From Azolla caroliniana (Eukaryota; Plantae; Polypodiophyta), in the NCBI GenBank assembly GCA_043228905.1, contig JBHGNT010000313.1:1-35796 (forward strand): a DNA stretch of 35,796 nt. Direction: 5' to 3'. The position numbers and the translations under genes are program-made. Shown here one piece after another: positions 25,070 to 35,796 of this stretch. The notes beneath the pieces are model-generated. The model was not told where the DNA came from. It saw nothing but the letters and a program-made list of their open reading frames with translations, and made no database searches. How positions within the stretch are numbered: the first letter of the stretch is position 1; every line of letters starts with the position of its first letter.

Positions 25070-26620
25070 TAACGCACTATTCTCCACTACCTCCTCAAAT
25101 TTGCTAATTTTTCATGTCTCTCGACCTGAGTTTCAAAATCTCCATTTTTTAATTCTATATAATAGCTACCTTTATTAGCTTCGATTCGCATGTTTGAACA
25201 CAGAAATCCGATATCATACGAGCCAGGTATGAAGATTTTAATTTACTAATGCGCTCTTCTCCACGACGTCCTCAAATTTGCTAATTTCTTTATGTCATTC
25301 GCCCTGAGCTTCAAAATCTTGATTTTTTTATTCCATATTAGAGCTAGCGTTGTTAGCTTCGATTCGCATGTTTGAACACAAAAATCCGATATCACACGAG
25401 CCAGGTATGAACATTTTAATTTACCTACTAGATGTTATCAACACCCTCCTCAAATTTGCTAATTTCTTCATATCTCTTGACCTGAGTTTCAAAATCTCCA
25501 TTTTTTAATTCTATATCATACCTACCTTTGTTAGCTTCGATTCGCCTGTTTGAACACAGAAATCCGATATCACATGAGCCAGGTATGAACATTTTAATTT
25601 ACCTACTAGTTCTTGTCAACTCCCTCCTCAAATTTGCTAATTTCTGAATGTCTGTCGACCTGAGTTTCAAAATCTTGATTATTTAATTCTATATTATAGC
25701 TAGCATTGTTAGCTTCGATTCGCATGTTTGAATACAAAAATCGGATATCACACGAGCCAGGTATGAACATTTTAATTTACCTACTAGTTCTTGTCAACTC
25801 TCTCCTCAAATTTGCTAATTTCTTCATGTCTCTCGACGTGAGTTTCAAATTGTTGAATTTTTTAATCTATATCAAAGCTAATGTTATTAGCTTCGATTCG
25901 CATGTTTGAACACAAAAATCAGATATCAGACGAGCTAGGTATGAACATTTTAATTTACCTACTAGCTCTTCTCCACTGCCTCCTCAAATTTGCTAATTTC
26001 GTCATGTCTCTAGACCTGAGTTTCAAAATCTTGATTTTTTAATTCCATATCATAGCAGTCGTTGTTAGCTTCGATTCGCATGTTTGAACACAAAAATCAG
26101 ATATCATACGAGCTAGGTATGAACATTTTAATTTACCTACTAGCTCTTGTCAACTCCCTCCTCAAATTTGCTAATTTCGTCATGTCTCTAGACCTGAGTT
26201 TCAAAATCCTGATTTTTTAATTCCATATCATAGCTAGCGATGTTAGCTTCGATTCGCATTTCGGAACACAAAAATCCTATATCACACGAGCCAGGTATGA
26301 GCATTTTAATTTACTAACACGCTCTTCTCCACTACGTCCTCAAATTTGCTAATTTCGTTATGTCTCTAGACCTGAGTTTCAAAATCTTGATTTTTTAATT
26401 CCATATCATTGCAGTCGTTGTTAGCTTCGATTCGCATGTTTGAACACAAAAATCCCATATCACACGAGCCAGGTATGAACATTTTAATTTACCTACTTGC
26501 TCTTGTCAACTCTCTCCTCAAATCTTGATTTTTTAATTCCATATCATAGCAGTCGTTGTTAGCTTCGATTCGCATGTTTGAACACAAAAATCAGATATCA
26601 TACGAGCCAAGTATGAACAT
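25070..26620 (+). repeat. Island of diverged monomers with private variants
   Basis: Variants I saw only here: GATGTTATC (25431), GACGTGAGTTTCAAATTGTTGAA (~25835), TCTAGA (26009, 26187, 26365), CATTTCGGAAC (~26257); 1-bp deletion at ~25110; 40-bp deletion at ~26523. Confidence 0.85.
26511..26530 (+). other. 40-bp deletion junction
   Basis: TCCTCAAAT|CTTGATT lacks TTGCTAATTTCTTCATGTCTCTCGACCTGAGTTTCAAAAT; ORF offset 22722 to 26776 = 23x178-40 (the +1 and -1 indels between cancel). Confidence 0.92.
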
Positions 26621-27928
26621 TTGAATTTACCTACTAGTTCTTGTCAACTACCTCCTCAAATTTGCTAATTTCTTCATGTATCTCGACCTGAGTTTCAAAA
26701 TCTTGATTTTTTAGTTCTATATCATAGCTAGCTTTGTTAGATTGGATTCCCATGTTTGAACACAAACATCCGATATCACACGAGCCAGGTATGAACATTG
26801 TAATTTAGTAACGCGCTATTCTCCACTACCTCCTCAAATTTGCTAATATCTTCATGTCTCTCGACCTGAGTTTCAAAATCTTGATTTTTTAATTTTGTAT
26901 AATAGCTACCTTTGTTTGCTTCGATTCGCATGTTTGAACACAAAAATCCGATATCACACGAGCCAGGTATGAACATTTTAATTTACCTACTAGTTCTTGT
27001 CAACACCCTCCTCAAATTTGCTAATTTCTTCATGTCTCTCGACCTGAGTTTCAAAATCTCCATTTTTTAATTCCATAGGATAGCTAGCTTTCTTAGCTTC
27101 GATTCGCATGTTTGAACACAAAAATCCGATATCACACGAGCCAGGTATGAACATTTTAATTTACTAATGCGCTATTCTCCACTACCTCCTCAAATTTGCT
27201 AATATCTTCATGTCTCTCGACCTGAGTTTCAAAATCTTGATTCTTTAAATCTATATAATAGCTACCTTTGTTAGCTTCGATTCGCCTATTTGAACACAGA
27301 AATCCGATATCACACGAGCCAGGTATGAACATTTTAATTCACCTACTAGTTCTTGTCAACTCCCTCCTCAAATTTGCTAATTTCTTCATGTCTTTCGACC
27401 TGAGTTTAAAAATCTGGATTTTTTAATTCTATATAATAGCTACCTTTTTTAACTTCGATTCGCATGTTTGAACACAAAAATCCGATATTACACGAGCCAG
27501 GTATGAACATTTGAATTTACTAATGCGCTGTTCTCCACGACGTCCTCAAATTTGCTAATTTCTTTATGTCTTTCGCCCTGAGTTTCAAACTCTTGATTTT
27601 TTAATTCCATATTAGAGCTAGCGTTGTTAGCTTCGATTCGCATGTTTGAACACAAAAATCCGATATTACACGAGCCAGGTATGAACATTTTAATTCACCT
27701 ACTAGTTCTTGTCAACTCCCTCCTCAAATTTGCTAATTTCTTCATGTCTCTCGACCTGAGTTTCAAAATCTTGATTTTTTAATTCTATATCATAGCTAGC
27801 TTTGTTAGATTGGATTCCCATGTTTGAACACAAAAATCCGATATCACACGAGCCAGGTATGAACATTTTAATTTACCTACTAGTTCTTGTCAACTCCCTC
27901 CTCAAATTTGCTAATTTCTGAATGTCTG

Positions 27929-30900
27929 TCGACCTGAGTTTCAAAATCTTGATTTTTTAATTCTATATCATAGCTAGCTTTGTTAGATTGGATTCCCATG
28001 TTTGAACACAAAAATCCGATATCACACGAGCCAGGTATGAACATTTTAATTTACCTACTAGTTCTTGTCAACTCCCTCCTCAAATTTGCTAATTTCTGAA
28101 TGTCTGTCGACCTGAGTTTCAAAATCTTGATTTTTTAATTCTATATTATAGCTAGCTTTGTTAGCTTCGATTCGCCTGTTTGAACACAGAAATCCGATAT
28201 CACACGAGCCAGGTATGAACATTTCAATTTACCTACTAGTTCTTGTCAACTCCCTCCTCAAATTTGCTAATTTCTGAATGTCTGTCGACCTGAGTTTCAA
28301 AATCTTGATTTTTTAATTCTATATTATAGCTAATGTTATTAGCTTCGATTCGCATGTTTGAACACAAAAATCAGATATCAGACGAGCTAGGTATGAACAT
28401 TTTAATTTACCTACTAGCTCTTCTCCACTACCTCCTCAAATTTGCTAATTTCGTCATGTCTGTCGACCTGAGTTTCAAAATCTTGATTTTTTAATTCCGT
28501 ATCATAGCAGTCGTTGTTAGCTTCGATTCGCATGTTTGAACACAAAAATCAGATATCATACGAGCCAAGTATGAACATTTTAATTTACCTCCTAGCTCTT
28601 GTCAACTCCCTCCTCAAATTTGCTAATTTCTTCATGTCTTTCGACCTGAGTTTCAAAATCTGGATTTTTTAATTCTATATAATAGCTAGCTTTCTTAGCT
28701 TCGATTCGCATGTTTGAACACAAAAATCCGATATCACACGAGCCAGGTATGAACATTTTAATTTACTAATGCGCTATTCTCCACTACCTCCTCAAATTTG
28801 CTAATATCTTCATGTCTCTCGACCTGAGTTTCAAAATCTTGATTCTTTAAATCTATATAATAGCTACCTTTGTTAGCTTCGATTCGCCTATTTGAACACA
28901 GAAATCCGATATCACACGAGCCAGGTATGAACATTTTAATTCACCTACTAGTTCTTGTCAACTCCCTCCTCAAATTTGCTAATTTCTTCATGTCTTTCGA
29001 CCTGAGTTTCGAAATCTGGATTCTTTAATTCTATATAATAGCTACCTTTGTTAACTTCGATTCGCATGTTTGAACACAAAAATCCGATATTACACGAGCC
29101 AGGTATGAACATTTGAATTTACCTACTAGTTCTTGTCAACTACCTCCTCAAATTTACTAATTTCTTCATGTATCTCGACCTGAGTTTCAAAATCTTGATT
29201 TTTTAGTTCTATATCATAGCTAGCTTTGTTAGATTGGATTCCCATGTTTGAACACAAAAATCCGATATCACACGAGCCAGGTATGAACATTGTAATTTAG
29301 TAACGCGCTATTCTCCACTACCTCCTCAAATTTGCTAATATCTTCATGTCTCTCGACCTGAGTTTCAAAATCTTGATTTTTTAATTCTATATAATAGCTA
29401 CCTTTGTTTGCTTCGATTCGCATGTTTGAACACAAAAATCCGATATCACACGAGCCAGGTATGAACATTTTAATTTACCTACTAGTTCTTGTCAACACCC
29501 TCCTCAAATTTGCTAATTTCTTCATGTCTCTCGACCTGAGTTTCAAAATCTCCATTTTTTAATTCCATAGGATAGCTAGCTTTCTTAGCTTCGATTCGCA
29601 TGTTTGAACACAAAAATCCGATATCACACGAGCCAGGTATGAACATTTTAATTTACTAATGCGCTATTCTCCACTACCTCCTCAAATTTGCTAATATCTT
29701 CATGTCTCTCGACCTGAGTTTCAAAATCTTGATTCTTTAAATCTATATAATAGCTACCTTTGTTAGCTTCGATTCGCCTATTTGAACACAGAAATCCGAT
29801 ATCACACGAGCCAGGTATGAACATTTTAATTCACCTACTAGTTCTTGTCAACTCCCTCCTCAAATTTGCTAATTTCTTCATGTCTTTCGACCTGAGTTTC
29901 AAAATCTGGATTTTTTAATTCTATATAATAGCTACCTTTGTTAACTTTGATTCGCATGTTTGAACACAAAAATCCGATATTACACGAGCCAGGTATGAAC
30001 ATTTGAATTTACTAATGCGCTGTTCTCCACGACGTCCTCAAATTTGCTAATTTCTTTATGTCTTTCGCCCTGAGTTTCAAACTCTTGATTTTTTAATTCC
30101 ATATTAGAGCTAGCGTTGTTAGCTTCGATTCGCATGTTTGAACACAAAAATCCGATATTACACGAGCCAGGTATGAACATTTTAATTCACCTACTAGTTC
30201 TTGTCAACTCCCTCCTCAAATTTGCTAATTTCTTCATGTCTCTCGACCTGAGTTTCAAAATCTTGATTTTTTAATTCTATATCATAGCTAGCTTTGTTAG
30301 ATTGGATTCCCATGTTTGAACACAAAAATCCGATATCACACGAGCCAGGTATAAACATTTTAATTTACCTACTAGTTCTTGTCAACTCCCTCCTCAAATT
30401 TGCTAATTTCTGAATGTCTGTCGACCTGAGTTTCAAAATCTTGATTTTTTAATTCTATATCATAGCTAGCTTTGTTAGATTGGATTCCCATGTTTGAACA
30501 CAAAAATCCGATATCACACGAGCCAGGTATGAACATTTTAATTTACCTACTAGTTCTTGTCAACTCCCTCCTCAAATTTGCTAATTTCTGAATGTCTGTC
30601 GACCTGAGTTTCAAAATCTTGATTTTTTAATTCTATATTATAGCTAGCTTTGTTAGCTTCGATTCGCCTGTTTGAACACAGATCTCCGATATCACACGAG
30701 CCAGGTATGAACATTGTAATTTAGTAACGCGCTATTCTCCACTTACTCCTCAAATTTGCTAATATCTTCATGTCTCTCGACCTGAGTTTCAAAATCTTGA
30801 TTTTTTAATTCTATATAATAGCTACCTTTGTTTGCTTCGATTCGCATGTTTGAACACAAAAATCCGATATCACACGAGCCAGGTATGAACATTTTAATTT

Positions 30901-33900
30901 ACCTACTAGTTCTTGTCAACACCCTCCTCAAATTTGCTAATTTCTTCATGTCTCTCGACCTGAGTTTCAAAATCTCCATTTTTTAATTCCATAGGATAGC
31001 TAGCTTTCTTAGCTTCGATTCGCATGTTTGAACACAAAAATCCGATATCACACGAGCCAGGTATGAACATTTTAATTTACTAATGCGCTATTCTCCACTA
31101 CCTCCTCAAATTTGCTAATATCTTCATGTCTCTCGACCTGAGTTTCAAAATCTTGATTCTTTAAATCTATATAATAGCTACCTTTGTTAGCTTCGATTCG
31201 CCTATTTGAACACAGAAATCCGATATCACACGAGCCAGGTATGAACATTTTAATTCACCTACTAGTTCTTGTCAACTCCCTCCTCAAATTTGCTAATTTC
31301 TTCATGTCTTTCGACCTGAGTTTCAAAATCTGGATTTTTTAATTCTATATAATAGCTACCTTTGTTAACTTTGATTCGCATGTTTGAACACAAAAATCCG
31401 ATATTACACGAGCCAGGTATGAACATTTGAATTTACTAATGCGCTGTTCTCCACGACGTCCTCAAATTTGCTAATTTCTTTATGTCTTTCGCCCTGAGTT
31501 TCAAACTCTTGATTTTTTAATTCCATATTAGAGCTAGCGTTGTTAGCTTCGATTCGCATGTTTGAACACAAAAATCCGATATTACACGAGCCAGGTATGA
31601 ACATTTTAATTCACCTACTAGTTCTTGTCAACTCCCTCCTCAAATTTGCTAATTTCTTCATGTCTCTCGACCTGAGTTTCAAAATCTGGATTTTTTAATT
31701 CTATATAATAGCTACATTTGTTAGCTTCGATTCGCATGTTTGAACACAAAAATCCGATATTACACGAGCCAGGTATGAACATTTGAATTTACCTACTAGT
31801 TCTTGTCAACTACCTCCTCAAATTTACTAATTTCTTCATGTATCTCGACCTGAGTTTCAAAATCTTGATTTTTTAGTTCTATATCATAGCTAGCTTTGTT
31901 AGATTGGATTCCCATGTTTGAACACAAAAATCCGATATCACACGAGCCAGGTATGAACATTGTAATTTAGTAACGCGCTATTCTCCACTACCTCCTCAAA
32001 TTTGCTAATATCTTCATGTCTCTCGACCTGAGTTTCAAAATCTTGATTTTTTAATTCTATATCATAGCTAGCTTTGTTAGATTGGATTCCCATGTTTGAA
32101 CACAAAAATCCGATATCACACGAGCCAGGTATGAACATTTTAATTTACCTACTAGTTCTTGTCAACTCCCTCCTCAAATTTGCTAATTTCTGAATGTCTG
32201 TCGACCTGAGTTTCAAAATCTTGATTTTTTAATTCTATATTATAGCTAGCTTTGTTAGCTTCGATTCGCCTGTTTGAACACAGAAATCCGATATCACACG
32301 AGCCAGGTATGAACATTTCAATTTACCTACTAGTTCTTGTCAACTCCCTCCTCAAATTTGCTAATTTCTGAATGTCTGTCGACCTGAGTTTCAAAATCTT
32401 GATTTTTTAATTCTATATTATAGCTAATGTTATTAGCTTCGATTCGCATGTTTGAACACAAAAATCAGATATCAGACGAGCTAGGTATGAACATTTTAAT
32501 TTACCTACTAGCTCTTCTCCACTACCTCCTCAAATTTGCTAATTTCGTCATGTCTGTCGACCTGAGTTTCAAAATCTTGATTTTTTAATTCCGTATCATA
32601 GCAGTCGTTGTTAGCTTCGATTCGCATGTTTGAACACAAAAATCAGATATCATACGAGCCAAGTATGAACATTTTAATTTACCTCCTAGCTCTTGTCAAC
32701 TCCCTCCTCAAATTTGCTAATTTCTTCATGTCTTTCGACCTGAGTTTCAAAATCTGGATTTTTTAATTCTATATAATAGCTAGCTTTCTTAGCTTCGATT
32801 CGCATGTTTGAACACAAAAATCCGATATCACACGAGCCAGGTATGAACATTTTAATTTACTAATGCGCTATTCTCCACTACCTCCTCAAATTTGCTAATA
32901 TCTTCATGTCTCTCGACCTGAGTTTCAAAATCTTGATTCTTTAAATCTATATAATAGCTACCTTTGTTAGCTTCGATTCGCCTATTTGAACACAGAAATC
33001 CGATATCACACGAGCCAGGTATGAACATTTTAATTCACCTACTAGTTCTTGTCAACTCCCTCCTCAAATTTGCTAATTTCTTCATGTCTTTCGACCTGAG
33101 TTTCGAAATCTGGATTCTTTAATTCTATATAATAGCTACCTTTGTTAACTTCGATTCGCATGTTTGAACACAAAAATCCGATATTACACGAGCCAGGTAT
33201 GAACATTTGAATTTACCTACTAGTTCTTGTCAACTACCTCCTCAAATTTACTAATTTCTTCATGTATCTCGACCTGAGTTTCAAAATCTTGATTTTTTAG
33301 TTCTATATCATAGCTAGCTTTGTTAGATTGGATTCCCATGTTTGAACACAAAAATCCGATATCACACGAGCCAGGTATGAACATTGTAATTTAGTAACGC
33401 GCTATTCTCCACTACCTCCTCAAATTTGCTAATATCTTCATGTCTCTCGACCTGAGTTTCAAAATCTTGATTTTTTAATTCTATATAATAGCTACCTTTG
33501 TTTGCTTCGATTCGCATGTTTGAACACAAAAATCCGATATCACACGAGCCAGGTATGAACATTTTAATTTACCTACTAGTTCTTGTCAACACCCTCCTCA
33601 AATTTGCTAATTTCTTCATGTCTCTCGACCTGAGTTTCAAAATCTCCATTTTTTAATTCCATAGGATAGCTAGCTTTCTTAGCTTCGATTCGCATGTTTG
33701 AACACAAAAATCCGATATCACACGAGCCAGGTATGAACATTTTAATTTACTAATGCGCTATTCTCCACTACCTCCTCAAATTTGCTAATATCTTCATGTC
33801 TCTCGACCTGAGTTTCAAAATCTTGATTCTTTAAATCTATATAATAGCTACCTTTGTTAGCTTCGATTCGCCTATTTGAACACAGAAATCCGATATCACA

Positions 33901-35796
33901 CGAGCCAGGTATGAACATTTTAATTCACCTACTAGTTCTTGTCAACTCCCTCCTCAAATTTGCTAATTTCTTCATGTCTTTCGACCTGAGTTTCAAAATC
34001 TGGATTTTTTAATTCTATATAATAGCTACCTTTGTTAACTTTGATTCGCATGTTTGAACACAAAAATCCGATATTACACGAGCCAGGTATGAACATTTGA
34101 ATTTACTAATGCGCTGTTCTCCACGACGTCCTCAAATTTGCTAATTTCTTTATGTCTTTCGCCCTGAGTTTCAAACTCTTGATTTTTTAATTCCATATTA
34201 GAGCTAGCGTTGTTAGCTTCGATTCGCATGTTTGAACACAAAAATCCGATATTACACGAGCCAGGTATGAACATTTTAATTCACCTACTAGTTCTTGTCA
34301 ACTCCCTCCTCAAATTTGCTAATTTCTTCATGTCTCTCGACCTGAGTTTCAAAATCTTGATTTTTTAATTCTATATCATAGCTAGCTTTGTTAGATTGGA
34401 TTCCCATGTTTGAACACAAAAATCCGATATCACACGAGCCAGGTATAAACATTTTAATTTACCTACTAGTTCTTGTCAACTCCCTCCTCAAATTTGCTAA
34501 TTTCTGAATGTCTGTCGACCTGAGTTTCAAAATCTTGATTTTTTAATTCTATATCATAGCTAGCTTTGTTAGATTGGATTCCCATGTTTGAACACAAAAA
34601 TCCGATATCACACGAGCCAGGTATCAACATTTTAATTTACCTACTAGTTCTTGTCAACTCCCTCCTCAAATTTGCTAATTTCTGAATGTCTGTCGACCTG
34701 AGTTTCAAAATCTTGATTTTTTAATTCTATATTATAGCTAGCTTTGTTAGCTTCGATTCGCCTGTTTGAACACAGAAATCCGATATCACACGAGCCAGGT
34801 ATGAACATTGTAATTTAGTAACGCGCTATTCTCCACTTACTCCTCAAATTTGCTAATATCTTCATGTCTCTCGACCTGAGTTTCAAAATCTTGATTTTTT
34901 AATTCTATATAATAGCTACCTTTGTTTGCTTCGATTCGCATGTTTGAACACAAAAATCCGATATCACACGAGCCAGGTATGAACATTTTAATTTACCTAC
35001 TAGTTCTTGTCAACACCCTCCTCAAATTTGCTAATTTCTTCATGTCTCTCGACCTGAGTTTCAAAATCTCCATTTTTTAATTCCATAGGATAGCTAGCTT
35101 TCTTAGCTTCGATTCGCATGTTTGAACACAAAAATCCGATATCACACGAGCCAGGTATGAACATTTTAATTTACTAATGCGCTATTCTCCACTACCTCCT
35201 CAAATTTGCTAATATCTTCATGTCTCTCGACCTGAGTTTCAAAATCTTGATTCTTTAAATCTATATAATAGCTACCTTTGTTAGCTTCGATTCGCCTATT
35301 TGAACACAGAAATCCGATATCACACGAGCCAGGTATGAACATTTTAATTCACCTACTAGTTCTTGTCAACTCCCTCCTCAAATTTGCTAATTTCTTCATG
35401 TCTTTCGACCTGAGTTTCAAAATCTGGATTTTTTAATTCTATATAATAGCTACCTTTGTTAACTTTGATTCGCATGTTTGAACACAAAAATCCGATATTA
35501 CACGAGCCAGGTATGAACATTTGAATTTACTAATGCGCTGTTCTCCACGACGTCCTCAAATTTGCTAATTTCTTTATGTCTTTCGCCCTGAGTTTCAAAC
35601 TCTTGATTTTTTAATTCCATATTAGAGCTAGCGTTGTTAGCTTCGATTCGCATGTTTGAACACAAAAATCCGATATTACACGAGCCAGGTATGAACATTT
35701 TAATTCACCTACTAGTTCTTGTCAACTCCCTCCTCAAATTTGCTAATTTCTTCATGTCTCTCGACCTGAGTTTCAAAATCTGGATTTTTTAATTCT
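27929..35796 (+). repeat. 23-mer HOR (4094 bp): 27929-32022 followed by a second copy from 32023 to the window end
   Basis: ORF pairs 29268/33362, 29980/34074 and 31404/35498 differ by 4094 = 23x178; rare variants ATTTCAATT (28221/32315), TTCGAA (29008/33102), GGTATAAAC (~30348/34442) and CCACTTACTCC (~30739/34833) are shared. Confidence 0.93.
29270..31680 (+). repeat. 8-mer period (1424 bp) nested in the 23-mer; the same block occurs 14 monomers earlier (~26610-28200)
   Basis: ORF offsets 29980 to 31404 and 34074 to 35498 = 8x178; 26776 to 29268 and 27488 to 29980 = 14x178. Confidence 0.85.

Larger units (their letters stand above)
1..35796 (+). repeat. Tandem satellite array, 178-bp monomer, ~201 copies, single orientation, open at both window ends
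   Basis: Motifs recur every 178 bp (e.g. ATGTTTGAAC at 63, 241, 419) to the end of the window. ORF-track offsets are multiples of 178 once the listed indels are counted. Hand-built consensus: CACGAGCCAGGTATGAACATTTTAATTTACCTACTAGTTCTTGTCAACTCCCTCCTCAAATTTGCTAATTTCTTCATGTCTCTCGACCTGAGTTTCAAAATCTTGATTTTTTAATTCTATATAATAGCTACCTTTGTTAGCTTCGATTCGCATGTTTGAACACAAAAATCCGATATCA. Confidence 0.99.

Noticed and set aside
7891-25909. Plus-strand 67-aa ORFs (7891, 23570, 25706) with a hydrophobic stretch
   Set aside because: TTG starts, chance stop-free runs in diverged monomers; hydrophobicity follows from T-rich codons.
87-35698. Recurrent 60-66 aa minus-strand ORFs (MFIPGSC...VHTWLV) as a multicopy gene family
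   Set aside because: Each spans just over one monomer; because 178 is not a multiple of 3, the start and end are the same DNA read in different frames. They appear only where a point variant removes a stop, and I recognise no domain.
1-35796. CRISPR-like alternation of conserved and variable segments
   Set aside because: The variable segments are homologous alleles reused many times rather than unique spacers, the period is 178 bp, and there are no cas genes or leader.
1-35796. Transposon insertions, inversions, telomeric repeats, 5S rDNA or tRNA arrays
   Set aside because: The 178-bp register is accounted for end to end by five small indel types, leaving no room for an insertion; no reversed monomers, telomeric motifs or recognisable RNA gene sequence were seen.

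Overview
The whole 35,796-bp window is one uninterrupted head-to-tail satellite DNA array of about 201 copies of a 178-bp monomer (about 34% GC by hand count of the consensus), all in the same orientation. I found no credible genes, RNA genes, transposons or CRISPR; the recurring 60-67 aa ORFs are by-products of the repeat. The informative signal is the architecture. Monomers are mosaics of conserved boxes and a few discrete variable modules, arranged in nested higher-order repeats (HORs): 2-, 3-, 6-, 8-, 14-, 18- and 23-mer periods, plus a block of at least 9.4 kb repeated almost exactly at a 15,679-bp offset. A ~1.55-kb island of diverged monomers (about 25070-26620) separates two HOR domains, and three deletions have junction microhomology. 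Monomer size and HOR layout resemble eukaryotic centromeric/pericentromeric satellites, but I do not recognise the family and sequence alone cannot show centromere function. All comparisons were by eye plus coordinate arithmetic, not by alignment.
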